DNA of 64,000 bases from assembly GCA_963827785.1 (NCBI GenBank), contig CAWHCT010000020.1, positions 180,129 to 244,128 of the forward strand, given 5' to 3'. The translations under genes were made by a program, and so were the position numbers. Positions 1 to 10,257 of this stretch are shown here, in pieces. The notes under the pieces were generated by a model that was not told the origin of the DNA, did not search any database, and was given only the letters and a program-made list of their open reading frames with translations. Origin of the DNA: an uncultured Flavobacteriaceae bacterium. GTDB taxonomy: Bacteria; Bacteroidota; Bacteroidia; Flavobacteriales; Flavobacteriaceae. Positions within the stretch are counted from its first letter, which is position 1. Each line of letters begins with the position of its first letter.

Positions 1-407
1 GTGAGCGTTTTTGCGTTAGAAATTCCGGAGCCAAAGCAGTTGTGGAAGGCATTGGAGATCATGGTTGTGAGTATATGACAGGAGGAATTGCGGTTATTTT
101 AGGAGAGGTTGGAAGGAATTTTGGGGCAGGAATGAGCGGCGGAATTGCATTTATTTATGATTCAAACAAGACATTTAAAAAGAGATGTAATTTTGAAGGA
201 TTAAACTTAGATCTGGTAACTAACAAAGAAGATATCAGGCAATTAAAGCAGCTTATTGAAAATCATTATAATGCAACATTAAGTCCACTAGCCCAGCGAA
301 TTTTAGAGAATTGGGAAAAAGAGTTGCGTAAATTCATAAAAGTTCTTCCTGAAGAATATAGACAAGCTCTGATCAGATTGGAAAAAGAAAAACTTATAAA
401 ACTTTAA
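1..407 (+). CDS. gltB: glutamate synthase large subunit, 3' end (partial; continues upstream of the window)
   Basis: The frame is open from base 3. The translation [28 protein letters not shown]...GGIAFIYD is typical of the GltB C-terminal GXGXG domain. It is followed 4 nt later by gltD. Confidence 0.85.
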   Translation, partial: ERFCVRNSGAKAVVEGIGDHGCEYMTGGIAVILGEVGRNFGAGMSGGIAFIYDSNKTFKKRCNFEGLNLDLVTNKEDIRQLKQLIENHYNATLSPLAQRILENWEKELRKFIKVLPEEYRQALIRLEKEKLIKL

Positions 408-411
408 TGCC

Positions 412-1878
412 ATGGGAAAGATAACAGGATTTTTAGAATATAAAAGAGAGGTAGAAAAGTACGAATCAGTCAATAAGAGATTGAAAAACTATAAGGAGTT
501 TACGATTCCTATGAATGGGAAAAACTTAAGTGATCAAGGTGCAAGATGCATGGATTGTGGTATACCCTTTTGTCATAGTGGTTGTCCTTTAGGCAATTTA
601 ATTCCCGATTTTAATGATAAAGTATATAATGGTCGATGGAAAGATGCTGCTAGAATTTTACATTCCACTAATAATTTCCCGGAATTTACCGGAAGATTAT
701 GTCCGGCACCATGTGAAGAAGCCTGTGTTTTAGGCATTAATGAAGATCCGGTTACAATAGAAAACATTGAAAAGAATATTGTAGAAACAGCCTTTAAAGA
801 AGGTTGGATAACTGCTAATCCTCCTAAAACAAGAACCGGCAAAAAAGTAGCCGTCATTGGTTCAGGGCCATCAGGTTTGGCTGCTGCCCAACAATTGAAT
901 AGAGCAGGTCATCTTGTAACAGTCTTTGAGAGGGATAAAAAAGTTGGTGGATTATTGAGATACGGCATCCCTGATTTCAAAATGGAAAAGCATGTAATAG
1001 ATCGCAGGTTAAAAATATTAGAAGAAGAAGGGATTGTCTTTAAGACCGATGCTCATGTTGGAGTGAATATAAAAGCAAGCGATCTTAAAAAGGAATTTGA
1101 TGCTGTTTTGCTTTGTGGAGGAGCAACAGAAAAAAGAGGAATACCTGTAAAAGGATCAGATTTAAAGGGAGTTTATCAGGCCATGGATTTCTTAAAGCAA
1201 AGTAATCAAAGAGTAGATGGGATTACAGATTTTGAAGAAGAGATAAGCGCAAAGGGAAAAAATGTCATAGTAATTGGTGGAGGAGATACAGGTTCAGATT
1301 GTATAGGCACCAGTAACAGACAAGGAGCAAAATCGGTTGTTAATTTTGAAATTCTAGCTAAACCCACTACAGGTCGTCCGGCTAATCAACCTTGGCCTTA
1401 CTGGCCAATGAAATTAAGGACTAGTTCATCTCATAAAGAAGGGGTAGAAAGATTTTTCAGTATCTCAACAAAAGAATTTGTAGGAGATAAAAAAGGGAAT
1501 CTAACAGGATTGATCACCGTTGAGGTTGAATGGATCTTTAACGAAGGAGAACGTCCTCAATTGAAAGAAATTCCAAATACCGAAAAACACTGGGATTGCG
1601 ATTTGGTATTTTTAGCATTAGGATTTACAGGTCCTGAAAAAACATTACCTGAAGCATTCGGATTAAAAACGGATTTTAGATCAAATGTTGAAGCATCAAC
1701 TCGTGATTATAAGACAAGTGAATCAAGCATATTTGCTGCAGGCGATATAAGACGAGGTCAATCATTAATTGTTTGGGCTATATCAGAAGGAAGACAAGCA
1801 GCGCATCATATAGATAAATTTTTAATGGGAAATTCGTACCTGCCTTTAAAAGACGACAATGACCTCCCTAGAGTATAA
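412..1878 (+). CDS. gltD: glutamate synthase small subunit (NADPH)
   Basis: 488 aa. Fe-S cysteine clusters CMDCGIPFCH..GCPLGNLIP and RLCPAPCEEAC, and a dinucleotide fold VAVIGSGPSGLAAA. Confidence 0.9.
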   Translation: MGKITGFLEYKREVEKYESVNKRLKNYKEFTIPMNGKNLSDQGARCMDCGIPFCHSGCPLGNLIPDFNDKVYNGRWKDAARILHSTNNFPEFTGRLCPAPCEEACVLGINEDPVTIENIEKNIVETAFKEGWITANPPKTRTGKKVAVIGSGPSGLAAAQQLNRAGHLVTVFERDKKVGGLLRYGIPDFKMEKHVIDRRLKILEEEGIVFKTDAHVGVNIKASDLKKEFDAVLLCGGATEKRGIPVKGSDLKGVYQAMDFLKQSNQRVDGITDFEEEISAKGKNVIVIGGGDTGSDCIGTSNRQGAKSVVNFEILAKPTTGRPANQPWPYWPMKLRTSSSHKEGVERFFSISTKEFVGDKKGNLTGLITVEVEWIFNEGERPQLKEIPNTEKHWDCDLVFLALGFTGPEKTLPEAFGLKTDFRSNVEASTRDYKTSESSIFAAGDIRRGQSLIVWAISEGRQAAHHIDKFLMGNSYLPLKDDNDLPRV

Positions 1879-1971
1879 GAGATTTTTTACAAGAAATGTT
1901 TTAATTTGAACATCATAAAACAATTTGTTTAAACCATTGAAAGTCAATAATATATATTTAATTTTGAAGCT

Positions 1972-2031
1972 ATGGCTTTAGTCATTGTACTTCATTACTT
2001 AACCTTAAAACATCCCATTATAATACTTTAG
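1972..2031 (+). promoter_or_regulatory. candidate ilv leader peptide ORF (MALVIVLHYLTLKHPIIIL)
   Basis: 19-codon ORF ending 45 nt before the ilvD ATG. 11 of 19 codons are Leu/Val/Ile (runs LVIVL and IIIL). I found no convincing terminator hairpin downstream. Confidence 0.35.
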
Positions 2032-2075
2032 AATTTTTATTTTAAAAAACCTGTATTCGTGGTAGAATAAATTTT

Positions 2076-3755
2076 ATGAAAGATTTAAATAAATACAGTA
2101 AAACGGTCACTCAAGATCCAACGCAACCCGCTGCTCAAGCCATGTTATATGGTATCGGTTTAAAAACAGAAGACTTTAATAAACCTATCGTTGGAATTGC
2201 AAGTACTGGTTACGAGGGGAATCCTTGTAATATGCATCTTAATGAATTAGCAAAATTCGCTAAACAAGGCACCCAAAATGAAGATGTAATTGGCCTAATT
2301 TTTAATACTATTGGCGTAAGTGATGGTATTTCCATGGGAACACCTGGAATGCGTTATTCATTACCATCAAGAGATATCATTGCAGATTCAATGGAAACCG
2401 TAGTTCAAGCTATGAGTTATGATGGGTTGATTACTGTTGTGGGATGTGATAAGAATATGCCCGGAGCGTTAATGGCCATGATCAGATTAAACAGGCCCTC
2501 AATCATGATCTACGGTGGCACTATAGATTCAGGTTGTCATAATGGAAAAAAACTGGATATTGTTTCTGCGTTTGAAGCCTGGGGAAGTAAGGTCGCTGGA
2601 ACAATGGAGCAAGAGGAGTTTGAGTGCATAGTAAAGAAGGCAATACCCGGAGCAGGAGCTTGTGGTGGAATGTATACTGCGAATACAATGGCTTCGGCTA
2701 TTGAAGCCTTAGGAATGACTTTACCCTATAATTCATCCAATCCTGCAACGGGTAAAGAAAAGAAATTAGAGTCAATTAAAGCAGGTGAAGCCATGCGAAA
2801 CTTGCTTGAAAAAGATATTAAACCATTAGATATCATTACGCGTAAATCACTAGAAAACGCAATTAGACTAGTAACAATACTGGGAGGATCAACCAATGCA
2901 GTGTTGCACTTTTTAGCAATTGCACGTGCAGCTCAGATCGAATTTACTTTAGCAGATTTTCAAAAGATAAGTGACAATACACCATTCCTGGCGGATCTGA
3001 AGCCAAGTGGAAAATATCTCATGGAAGATGTTCACGCAGTTGGAGGTATTCCGGCTGTATTAAAATATCTGCTTAAAAAAGGATTATTACATGGTGATTG
3101 TTTAACTGTAACCGGAAAAACCTTAGCTGAAAATTTATTGGATGTTGATGATTTGTCAGAAGGGCAGGAAGTTATTAAATCGATAGAAGAACCGATAAAA
3201 ATTTCAGGACATTTAAGAATGTTATATGGTAATTTGGCTGAAGAAGGCAGTGTAGCAAAAATAACAGGGAAAGAAGGATTGAAATTCTCTGGTAAAGCCA
3301 AAGTTTTTGAAGGGGAATATGATGCAAATGATGGAATTCGTGACGGGAAAGTGGAAAAAGGAGATGTGGTCGTCATTCGGTATGAAGGACCAAAAGGAGG
3401 ACCAGGAATGCCTGAAATGTTGAAACCAACTGCTGCTATAATGGGAGCAGGTTTAGGAAAGGATGTTGCTTTGATCACAGACGGAAGATTTTCCGGAGGA
3501 ACTCATGGGTTTGTTGTTGGTCACATAACTCCTGAAGCTCAAGATGGTGGAAATATTGCTCTGGTTAAGGATGGAGATATTATTACCATTGATGCGGAGA
3601 CTAATTCGATTATTCTTGAAGTTTCAGTTGAAGAATTAGAAAAAAGAAGAAAAAAATGGAAAGCACCAGAATTGAAATTTGATCGTGGTGTTTTATATAA
3701 ATATGCAAGAACCGTATCATCGGCATCTAAGGGATGCGTAACGGATGAATTTTAA
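2076..3755 (+). CDS. ilvD: dihydroxy-acid dehydratase
   Basis: 559 aa. Motifs GCDKNMPG and [11 protein letters not shown]. First gene of the ilv cluster. Confidence 0.95.
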   Translation: MKDLNKYSKTVTQDPTQPAAQAMLYGIGLKTEDFNKPIVGIASTGYEGNPCNMHLNELAKFAKQGTQNEDVIGLIFNTIGVSDGISMGTPGMRYSLPSRDIIADSMETVVQAMSYDGLITVVGCDKNMPGALMAMIRLNRPSIMIYGGTIDSGCHNGKKLDIVSAFEAWGSKVAGTMEQEEFECIVKKAIPGAGACGGMYTANTMASAIEALGMTLPYNSSNPATGKEKKLESIKAGEAMRNLLEKDIKPLDIITRKSLENAIRLVTILGGSTNAVLHFLAIARAAQIEFTLADFQKISDNTPFLADLKPSGKYLMEDVHAVGGIPAVLKYLLKKGLLHGDCLTVTGKTLAENLLDVDDLSEGQEVIKSIEEPIKISGHLRMLYGNLAEEGSVAKITGKEGLKFSGKAKVFEGEYDANDGIRDGKVEKGDVVVIRYEGPKGGPGMPEMLKPTAAIMGAGLGKDVALITDGRFSGGTHGFVVGHITPEAQDGGNIALVKDGDIITIDAETNSIILEVSVEELEKRRKKWKAPELKFDRGVLYKYARTVSSASKGCVTDEF

Positions 3756-3765
3756 TTAAATTAGA

Positions 3766-5502
3766 ATGAAAGGAACACAAACAATATTAACAAAAAATAA
3801 TTCAACCAAAGTTACTGAGAGAATTTCCGGTAGTGAAGCCATTATTAAATGTTTACTGGCAGAAGGTGTTGATGTACTTTATGGATATCCTGGCGGAGCA
3901 ATCATGCCGGTATATGACGAGCTTTATAAATACAAGGACAAAATTCATCATGTTCTCACACGCCATGAGCAAGGAGCTACTCATGCAGCACAAGGATATG
4001 CTCGAATTTCTGGTAAAGTAGGTGTTGCGATGGCAACTTCAGGACCTGGAGCAACAAACTTAATTACCGGAATTGCCGATGCTCAAATAGATTCTACTCC
4101 AATGGTTTGCATTACAGGTCAGGTATCATCACATTTGTTAGGAAGTGATGCTTTCCAGGAAACCGATATTATAGGAATATCAACTCCTGTTACAAAATGG
4201 AATCACCAAATCACTAAGGCTTCAGAGATTCCTGAAGTTATGGCAAAAGCATTTTATATAGCAAAGAGTGGTCGTCCTGGGCCGGTTTTAGTTGATATCA
4301 CAAAAGATGCTCAATTTGAAGAATTTGATTTCAAATATGAAAAATGCAAGGGTGTAAGAAGTTATAAGCCCGTTCCTCCAACCGATTTCTCAAAAGTAGA
4401 GGCAACAGCAGATCTTATAAATTCAGCTAAAAAACCACTCATTGTCTGGGGTCAGGGAATTATTCTTAGTGAAGCAGAAAATGAGTTAAAAGCAGTCATT
4501 GAAAAAGCTGGAATTCCCGCAGCATGGACCATACTGGGGGCTTCCGCCATTCCTACATCTCATCCTTTGAATATTGGTATGGTCGGTATGCATGGAAATT
4601 ATGCACCAAATGTGCTAACCAATGAATGTGATGTTCTTATTGCAATAGGAATGAGGTTTGACGATCGTGTAACGGGTAATTTAGAAACTTACGCAAAACA
4701 AGCTAAGGTCATACATTTTGAGATCGATCCGGCTGAAATTGACAAAAATGTTAAAACGGATATTGCCGTTTTAGGGGATGCCAAAGAAAGCTTGAAACAA
4801 CTTTTACCTTTATTGAAAGAAAATAAACATACTGAATGGCATCAAAAATTCAAAGATCTGTATGAGATTGAGTATGAAAAAGTTATAAAAGATGACTTGT
4901 ACCCTACAAAAGAAGGTTTAACAATGGGTGAGGTATTAAAAGAAATAAATAAACAAACAAAAGGAGAAGCAGCTATTGTTTCAGATGTTGGTCAGCACCA
5001 AATGATCGCCTGCCGCTATGCTGAATTCAAAAGAACAAAAAGCAATATAACATCAGGAGGATTAGGAACAATGGGATTTGGACTTCCTGCGGCAATAGGA
5101 GCAAAAATGGCAGCTCCTGAAAGAGAAGTTGTATGCATCTCTGGTGATGGAGGATACCAAATGACGATTCAGGAATTAGGAACGATTTTCCAAACTAAGG
5201 CTGCTGTTAAAGTGGTTGTCTTGAATAATGACTTTCTTGGTATGGTACGTCAATGGCAACAGTTATTCTTTGATAAACGTTATGCTTCCACGGAAATGGT
5301 AAATCCGGATTTTGTAACAATTGCCAAAGGATATTACATCAATGCGAAACGTGTATCAAAACGCGAAGAATTGGCAGAAGCAGTTGCTGAAATGATTGCA
5401 AGTAAAGAAGCTTATTTCCTTGAAGTTAAGGTTGAAAAAGAAGATAATGTATTTCCAATGATTCCATCTGGAGCTAGTGTTTCAGATATAAGATTAAGTT
5501 AA
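3766..5502 (+). CDS. ilvB: acetolactate synthase large subunit
   Basis: 578 aa. ThDP enzyme motifs GYPGGA..., GSDAFQE and GDGGYQM...NN. Confidence 0.93.
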   Translation: MKGTQTILTKNNSTKVTERISGSEAIIKCLLAEGVDVLYGYPGGAIMPVYDELYKYKDKIHHVLTRHEQGATHAAQGYARISGKVGVAMATSGPGATNLITGIADAQIDSTPMVCITGQVSSHLLGSDAFQETDIIGISTPVTKWNHQITKASEIPEVMAKAFYIAKSGRPGPVLVDITKDAQFEEFDFKYEKCKGVRSYKPVPPTDFSKVEATADLINSAKKPLIVWGQGIILSEAENELKAVIEKAGIPAAWTILGASAIPTSHPLNIGMVGMHGNYAPNVLTNECDVLIAIGMRFDDRVTGNLETYAKQAKVIHFEIDPAEIDKNVKTDIAVLGDAKESLKQLLPLLKENKHTEWHQKFKDLYEIEYEKVIKDDLYPTKEGLTMGEVLKEINKQTKGEAAIVSDVGQHQMIACRYAEFKRTKSNITSGGLGTMGFGLPAAIGAKMAAPEREVVCISGDGGYQMTIQELGTIFQTKAAVKVVVLNNDFLGMVRQWQQLFFDKRYASTEMVNPDFVTIAKGYYINAKRVSKREELAEAVAEMIASKEAYFLEVKVEKEDNVFPMIPSGASVSDIRLS

Positions 5503-5504
5503 TT

Positions 5505-6029
5505 ATGGAAGAGAAAGAAAATTTTACTGTTTCGGTTTATACCGAAAATAATGTGGGAATATTGAACAGGTTATCAGCAATATTCTTAAAGCGTCATATT
5601 AATATAGAAAGTTTGACAGTTTCAAAATCTGAAATTGATAATGTGCACAGATTCACCTTCGTGGTTATTGTGCCTAAAACATTGATAAGGAAAGTGGTTG
5701 GTCAGTTAGAAAAGCAAATTGAAGTAATTAAGGCTTTTTATCATACTGAAGATGAGATCATTTATAACGAAACGGCCTTGTTTAAAATCTCATCAGAGCA
5801 TTTATATGACGAAAAAATTCAAGAGAAATTGAAATTTAGAAGAGCCCATATTATAGCCATAACCGAGCGTTATTTTGTTATCGAAGCGTCAGGATTAAGG
5901 GATGATATTGATAATATGTATGAAAAACTAAAACCCTATGGTTTGTTGCAATTTGTTAGATCAGGACGAATCGCAATTTCAAGACCTAAAATGGCAATAT
6001 CAGAGTTATTAGAAGAAATTAATTATTAG
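5505..6029 (+). CDS. ilvN: acetolactate synthase small (regulatory) subunit
   Basis: 174 aa. N-terminal ACT domain VSVYTENNVGILNRLSAIFLKRHINIESLTV. Lies directly after ilvB. Confidence 0.9.
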   Translation: MEEKENFTVSVYTENNVGILNRLSAIFLKRHINIESLTVSKSEIDNVHRFTFVVIVPKTLIRKVVGQLEKQIEVIKAFYHTEDEIIYNETALFKISSEHLYDEKIQEKLKFRRAHIIAITERYFVIEASGLRDDIDNMYEKLKPYGLLQFVRSGRIAISRPKMAISELLEEINY

Positions 6030-6041
6030 AATAAAGAAAAA

Positions 6042-7541
6042 ATGACAAATTATTTTAACACACTTTCATTAAGAGATCAATTGAATCAACTGGGAAAATG
6101 CCGATTTATGGATTCATCAGAATTTAGTGAAGGCGTTTCAGCATTAAAAGGCAAAAAAATAGTTATTGTCGGTTGCGGAGCTCAAGGATTGAATCAAGGT
6201 TTAAATATGAAAGATTCGGGATTGGATATTTCATATGCTTTGCGTGAAGGAGCAATAAAAGAAAAAAGAGCATCATATGTCAATGCAACCAAAAATGGTT
6301 TTAAGGTTGGAACTTATGAAGAACAAATACCAACTGCTGATCTGGTCGCTAATTTGACTCCGGATAAACAGCATACAAGTGTCATAAAAGCAATCATGCC
6401 ATTGATGAAAAAGGGAGCAACATTGTCCTATTCACATGGATTCAATATTGTTGAAGAAGGTATGCAAATCCGCAAAGATCTTACTGTGATCATGGTAGCA
6501 CCAAAATGCCCCGGATCTGAAGTTAGGGAAGAGTACAAGCGAGGATTTGGTGTACCAACCTTAATTGCAGTGCATCCTGAAAATGATCCTAATGGTAAAG
6601 GCTTGTCTCAGGCAAAAGCTTATGCAGCGGCTACAGGTGGAGACAGAGCTGGTGTTTTACAATCGTCTTTTGTTGCTGAAGTTAAAAGTGATTTGATGGG
6701 TGAACAAACCATTTTATGTGGCGTTTTGCAAACCGGATCTATTTTATGTTTTGATAAAATGATTGAAGAAGGAATCGAGCCTGAATATGCTTCAAAATTA
6801 ATTCAATTTGGTTGGGAAACCATTACCGAAGCCTTGAAACATGGTGGAATTACCAATATGATGGACCGGTTATCAAATCCGTCAAAAATAAAGGCCTTCC
6901 AATTATCAGAAGAATTAAAGGTAATCATGAAACCTTTATTTGAAAAGCATATGGATGATATCATGTCAGGTCATTTCTCGATGACTATGATGGAAGATTG
7001 GGCCAATGACGATGTGAATCTGTTAAAATGGCGTGCTGCTACTGGCGAAACAAATTTTGAAAAAACGGCTGCAACATCAAAGCATATTAAAGAACAGGAA
7101 TATTTTGATCATGGTGTATTAATGGTTGCGTTTGTAAGAGCTGGGGTTGAACTAGCTTTCGATACTATGGTAGCTTCAGGAATTATTGAAGAATCGGCTT
7201 ATTATGAATCGTTACATGAATTACCGTTGATCGCAAACACAGTAGCAAGAAAGAAATTATTTGAAATGAACAGAATTATTTCTGATACTGCAGAATATGG
7301 TTGTTATTTATTCGATCATGCCTGTAAACCATTATTGGTAGATTTTATGAAATCAGTAAAAACAGATGTTATTGGTAAATCATTTTCAAACTCTAATTCA
7401 GTTGACAACGTTGAGTTGATTAAAGTTAATGAAGTCATCAGACAGCATCCAATTGAATCCATTGGAAAAACACTTCGAAGTGCCATGACGGCAATGAAAG
7501 TCATAAAATCTGACACAAAACAAGAAGCAATTTTATCTTAA
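6042..7541 (+). CDS. ilvC: ketol-acid reductoisomerase, long (class II) form
   Basis: 499 aa. [17 protein letters not shown] fold. The length matches the duplicated-knot class II enzymes. Confidence 0.92.
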   Translation: MTNYFNTLSLRDQLNQLGKCRFMDSSEFSEGVSALKGKKIVIVGCGAQGLNQGLNMKDSGLDISYALREGAIKEKRASYVNATKNGFKVGTYEEQIPTADLVANLTPDKQHTSVIKAIMPLMKKGATLSYSHGFNIVEEGMQIRKDLTVIMVAPKCPGSEVREEYKRGFGVPTLIAVHPENDPNGKGLSQAKAYAAATGGDRAGVLQSSFVAEVKSDLMGEQTILCGVLQTGSILCFDKMIEEGIEPEYASKLIQFGWETITEALKHGGITNMMDRLSNPSKIKAFQLSEELKVIMKPLFEKHMDDIMSGHFSMTMMEDWANDDVNLLKWRAATGETNFEKTAATSKHIKEQEYFDHGVLMVAFVRAGVELAFDTMVASGIIEESAYYESLHELPLIANTVARKKLFEMNRIISDTAEYGCYLFDHACKPLLVDFMKSVKTDVIGKSFSNSNSVDNVELIKVNEVIRQHPIESIGKTLRSAMTAMKVIKSDTKQEAILS

Positions 7542-7551
7542 GAAAAAAATT

Positions 7552-9138
7552 ATGCCATTTTTAGAAATCCCTCAAGAGTATAAAATAACATCATTATTGC
7601 ATCAGGACACCTATTTAGTGTCCGGGAAATTAAAAAAGTGGACTGGAGACTCAGCTCAGGTTTTTTCTACAATTTCGTCTAGAAAAGAGTATAAAAAGAC
7701 ACTTTTAGGCACTGTACCTGATTTAGGAGAAAAAGAGGCCATTGAAGCCCTTGAATCTGCTTGTTTGGCTTATGGAAAAGGACAAGGTCTTTGGCCAACC
7801 ATGAAAGTGGTTGACAGAATTGCCTGCATGGAGAAATTTGTAGAGCAAATGAAAACCAAGCGAGATGAAGTTGTTAAATTACTGATGTGGGAAATTGGAA
7901 AGAATCTTCCGGATTCTCAAAAGGAATTTGATAGAACAGTCGATTATATCTACGATACAATTGAAGAATACAAGCAAATAGACAGAGATGCCGCCAAATT
8001 TGAAAAACATGATGGGATCTATGCTCATATTCGCAGAGGCCCTTTAGGAGTGGTATTATGTTTAGGGCCTTATAATTATCCGCTTAATGAAACCTTTGCG
8101 CTATTAATTCCGGCTTTATTGATGGGAAATACAACGATATTTAAGCCTGCAAAGTTTGGAGTATTGCTGATTTCACCATTACTAGAAGCTTTTCAAAACA
8201 GCTTCCCAAAAGGTGTCGTAAATATTATTTATGGAAGAGGTAGGGTATTAGCGACCCCGATAATGAAATCTGGCAGAATAGATGTACTGGCTTTAATAGG
8301 AAATAGTAAATCTGCTAATGCGCTTCAGGAAAGTCATCCTAAAAAGAACAGGTTGCGACTTGTCTTGGGATTAGAGGCTAAAAATCCTGCTATTGTATTG
8401 CCCGGAGCAGATTTGGATTTGACCATAAATGAATGTATTGCAGGAACATTATCCTTTAATGGTCAGCGTTGTACAGCTTTAAAGATCCTCTATGTGCATG
8501 AGGAAGTGGTTGATGAATTCAATAAACGCTTTTCGGCTAAAGTTGATGCGCTTAAATTTGGGAATCCTTGGGATGAAGGAGCTAAATTAACACCACTGCC
8601 TGAACCCGGAAAAACAGAGTATATTCAGGAACTAATAGATGATGCAATCCAAAAAGGAGCGAAAATATTGAACTCAAAAGGGGGAGAAACATCAGAGAAT
8701 TTTATTTTCCCTGCGGTATTGTATCCGGTTAAAAAGAATATGAGGGTCTATCAAGAAGAACAATTTGGCCCTGTAATTCCTGTTGTTCCCTTTACAAATA
8801 TTGAACAGCCTTTGGATGACATGGCGGAATCCAGTTATGGGCAGCAAGTAAGTGTTTTTGGAAAGGATACTAAAATATTGTCTCCTCTTATCGATACTTT
8901 AGTGAATTTGGTTTGCAGAGTAAATTTGAATAGCTCTTGTCAAAGAGGTCCGGATGTATATCCATTTACCGGGAGAAAAGATTCAGCATTTGGAACTTTG
9001 AGTGTTCATGATGCATTAAGATCATTTTCAATAAGAACCTTTGTGGCATCCAAAGATAATGACCATAATAAGACGATTTTGAATGAGTTATTAGATAAAA
9101 AATCATCTAATTTCATTAGTACAGATTATATTTTATAA
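7552..9138 (+). CDS. aldehyde dehydrogenase family protein (GapN-like, non-phosphorylating)
   Basis: 528 aa. ALDH catalytic Cys motif [10 protein letters not shown] and an EEQFGPV motif. Starts 10 nt after ilvC, so it is probably co-transcribed. Confidence 0.75.
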   Translation: MPFLEIPQEYKITSLLHQDTYLVSGKLKKWTGDSAQVFSTISSRKEYKKTLLGTVPDLGEKEAIEALESACLAYGKGQGLWPTMKVVDRIACMEKFVEQMKTKRDEVVKLLMWEIGKNLPDSQKEFDRTVDYIYDTIEEYKQIDRDAAKFEKHDGIYAHIRRGPLGVVLCLGPYNYPLNETFALLIPALLMGNTTIFKPAKFGVLLISPLLEAFQNSFPKGVVNIIYGRGRVLATPIMKSGRIDVLALIGNSKSANALQESHPKKNRLRLVLGLEAKNPAIVLPGADLDLTINECIAGTLSFNGQRCTALKILYVHEEVVDEFNKRFSAKVDALKFGNPWDEGAKLTPLPEPGKTEYIQELIDDAIQKGAKILNSKGGETSENFIFPAVLYPVKKNMRVYQEEQFGPVIPVVPFTNIEQPLDDMAESSYGQQVSVFGKDTKILSPLIDTLVNLVCRVNLNSSCQRGPDVYPFTGRKDSAFGTLSVHDALRSFSIRTFVASKDNDHNKTILNELLDKKSSNFISTDYIL

Positions 9139-9273
9139 ATCAAAATTTGATAAAACAGATTAAAAATGAATTATTTACAATAAAATAAAGTCATTTTGTT
9201 GAATTTAATAATTCTTATTAAAAAGTTGAACGGTTTATATAGTTAATTCAATTTAATTTTTAGTTTTACACCA

Positions 9274-9342
9274 ATGAATACTCAAAAAAATAAAATACGT
9301 ACGATTACACCCAGGTTACCCGAGCGCATCCGTCGCCGCTAA
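9274..9342 (+). promoter_or_regulatory. candidate arginine leader peptide ORF 1 (MNTQKNKIRTITPRLPERIRRR)
   Basis: 22 codons with 6 Arg. It ends in CGT CGC CGC then TAA. It sits in a GC-rich patch within a 439-nt AT-rich gap upstream of the arg operon. An imperfect -7 box TAGTTTTA lies at 9261-9268. Confidence 0.4.
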
Positions 9343-9391
9343 TTCTTCTTTTTAGTAACAAACCTTTTTACGTAATTTTTATTTATTCATC

Positions 9392-9487
9392 ATGTTTACA
9401 TCAAGTTTTAATTCAGTCTTTCAAAAATTAGTTATTAATAAAGATAACAGTGTTACGAGTCGTCCTAATATGCCCCGTCGCCCTTAA
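9392..9487 (+). promoter_or_regulatory. candidate arginine leader peptide ORF 2 (…VTSRPNMPRRP)
   Basis: 31 codons ending CGT CGC CCT TAA. Its 3' end (gttacgagtcg…ccccgtcgccc ttaa) is a degenerate direct repeat of the 3' end of ORF 1 (gttacccgagcg…atccgtcgccgc taa). Confidence 0.3.
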
Positions 9488-9577
9488 GGGTGTGCTACTA
9501 TATAGGAACTCCAGGTGTGTCCGGTTCTGTTTTCAAAAAAAACAATTTTAATAACAATAATAAAAGTTCAAAAAATA

Positions 9578-10210
9578 ATGGAAATCATTATTGCAGATAA
9601 ATCACATAGCATTTACGCAATTAATATTTGCGAAGCTATTGCGGATGCAGCTCAAGTAAGAGGTACGGGTATAGCTAAAAGAACTCCTGATTATATTATA
9701 AATAAAATGGAAAAGGGCAATGCAGTTATTGCTTTGGACGGAGATAAATTTGCAGGTTTTTGTTACATCGAATCATGGGGACATGGAAAATTTGTTGCCA
9801 ATTCAGGATTAATAGTTCATCCTGATTATCGCGGAATTGGTTTAGCTAAAAAAATAAAGAAAGTTGTTTTTGGACAGTCCAGAAATAAATTTCCAGACGC
9901 TAAAGTATTCAGTATAACTACGGGACTAGCCGTTATGAAAATGAATAGTGATTTAGGGTATAAACCAGTAACTTTTTCTGAACTTACAGACGATCCATCC
10001 TTTTGGAATGGTTGCCAAACCTGCAAGAATTATGATGTTTTACAACGTACAAATCAGACGATGTGTTTGTGCACAGGAATGTTGTATGATCCCAATAAAA
10101 TAGAAGAGCCTAAGGCGCATGAACATAAGTACGATAAAAAAGTTTGGACACGATTAAAGAATATAAAACAGATCAGGTTTTTAAAAAACAACAAAAATGG
10201 TAAAAAGTAA
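9578..10210 (+). CDS. GNAT family N-acyltransferase at the head of the arg operon (candidate N-acyl-glutamate synthase)
   Basis: Start moved to the ATG at 9578 (MEIIIADK…). GNAT motif A VHPDYRGIGLAKKI. C-terminal Cys cluster CQTCKN…CLC. Lies immediately upstream of argG. Confidence 0.7.
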   Translation: MEIIIADKSHSIYAINICEAIADAAQVRGTGIAKRTPDYIINKMEKGNAVIALDGDKFAGFCYIESWGHGKFVANSGLIVHPDYRGIGLAKKIKKVVFGQSRNKFPDAKVFSITTGLAVMKMNSDLGYKPVTFSELTDDPSFWNGCQTCKNYDVLQRTNQTMCLCTGMLYDPNKIEEPKAHEHKYDKKVWTRLKNIKQIRFLKNNKNGKK

Positions 10211-10223
10211 AAAATCAGATGAT

Positions 10224-10257
10224 TCTCTCCCTTTGGGAGAGATGTCGCAAAGCGACA
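10224..10257 (+). repeat. hairpin repeat copy A (tctctccc-ttt-gggagaga followed by tgtcgc-aaa-gcgaca)
   Basis: Two adjacent perfect hairpins of 8 bp and 6 bp that straddle the candidate argG ATG at 10242. Similar to the copies at 32115 and 39445. Confidence 0.6.

Noticed and set aside
3032-3478. Antisense or shadow ORFs from the ORF track that lie inside well-conserved genes, for example 573-857, 3032-3478, 15531-15824, 33922-34287, 48008-48415, 60317-60610 and 62420-62602.
   Set aside because: Each lies fully within a gene whose translation has clear family motifs on the other strand. The translations are low-complexity with no recognisable motifs. Such shadow ORFs are expected in the antisense frames of real genes.
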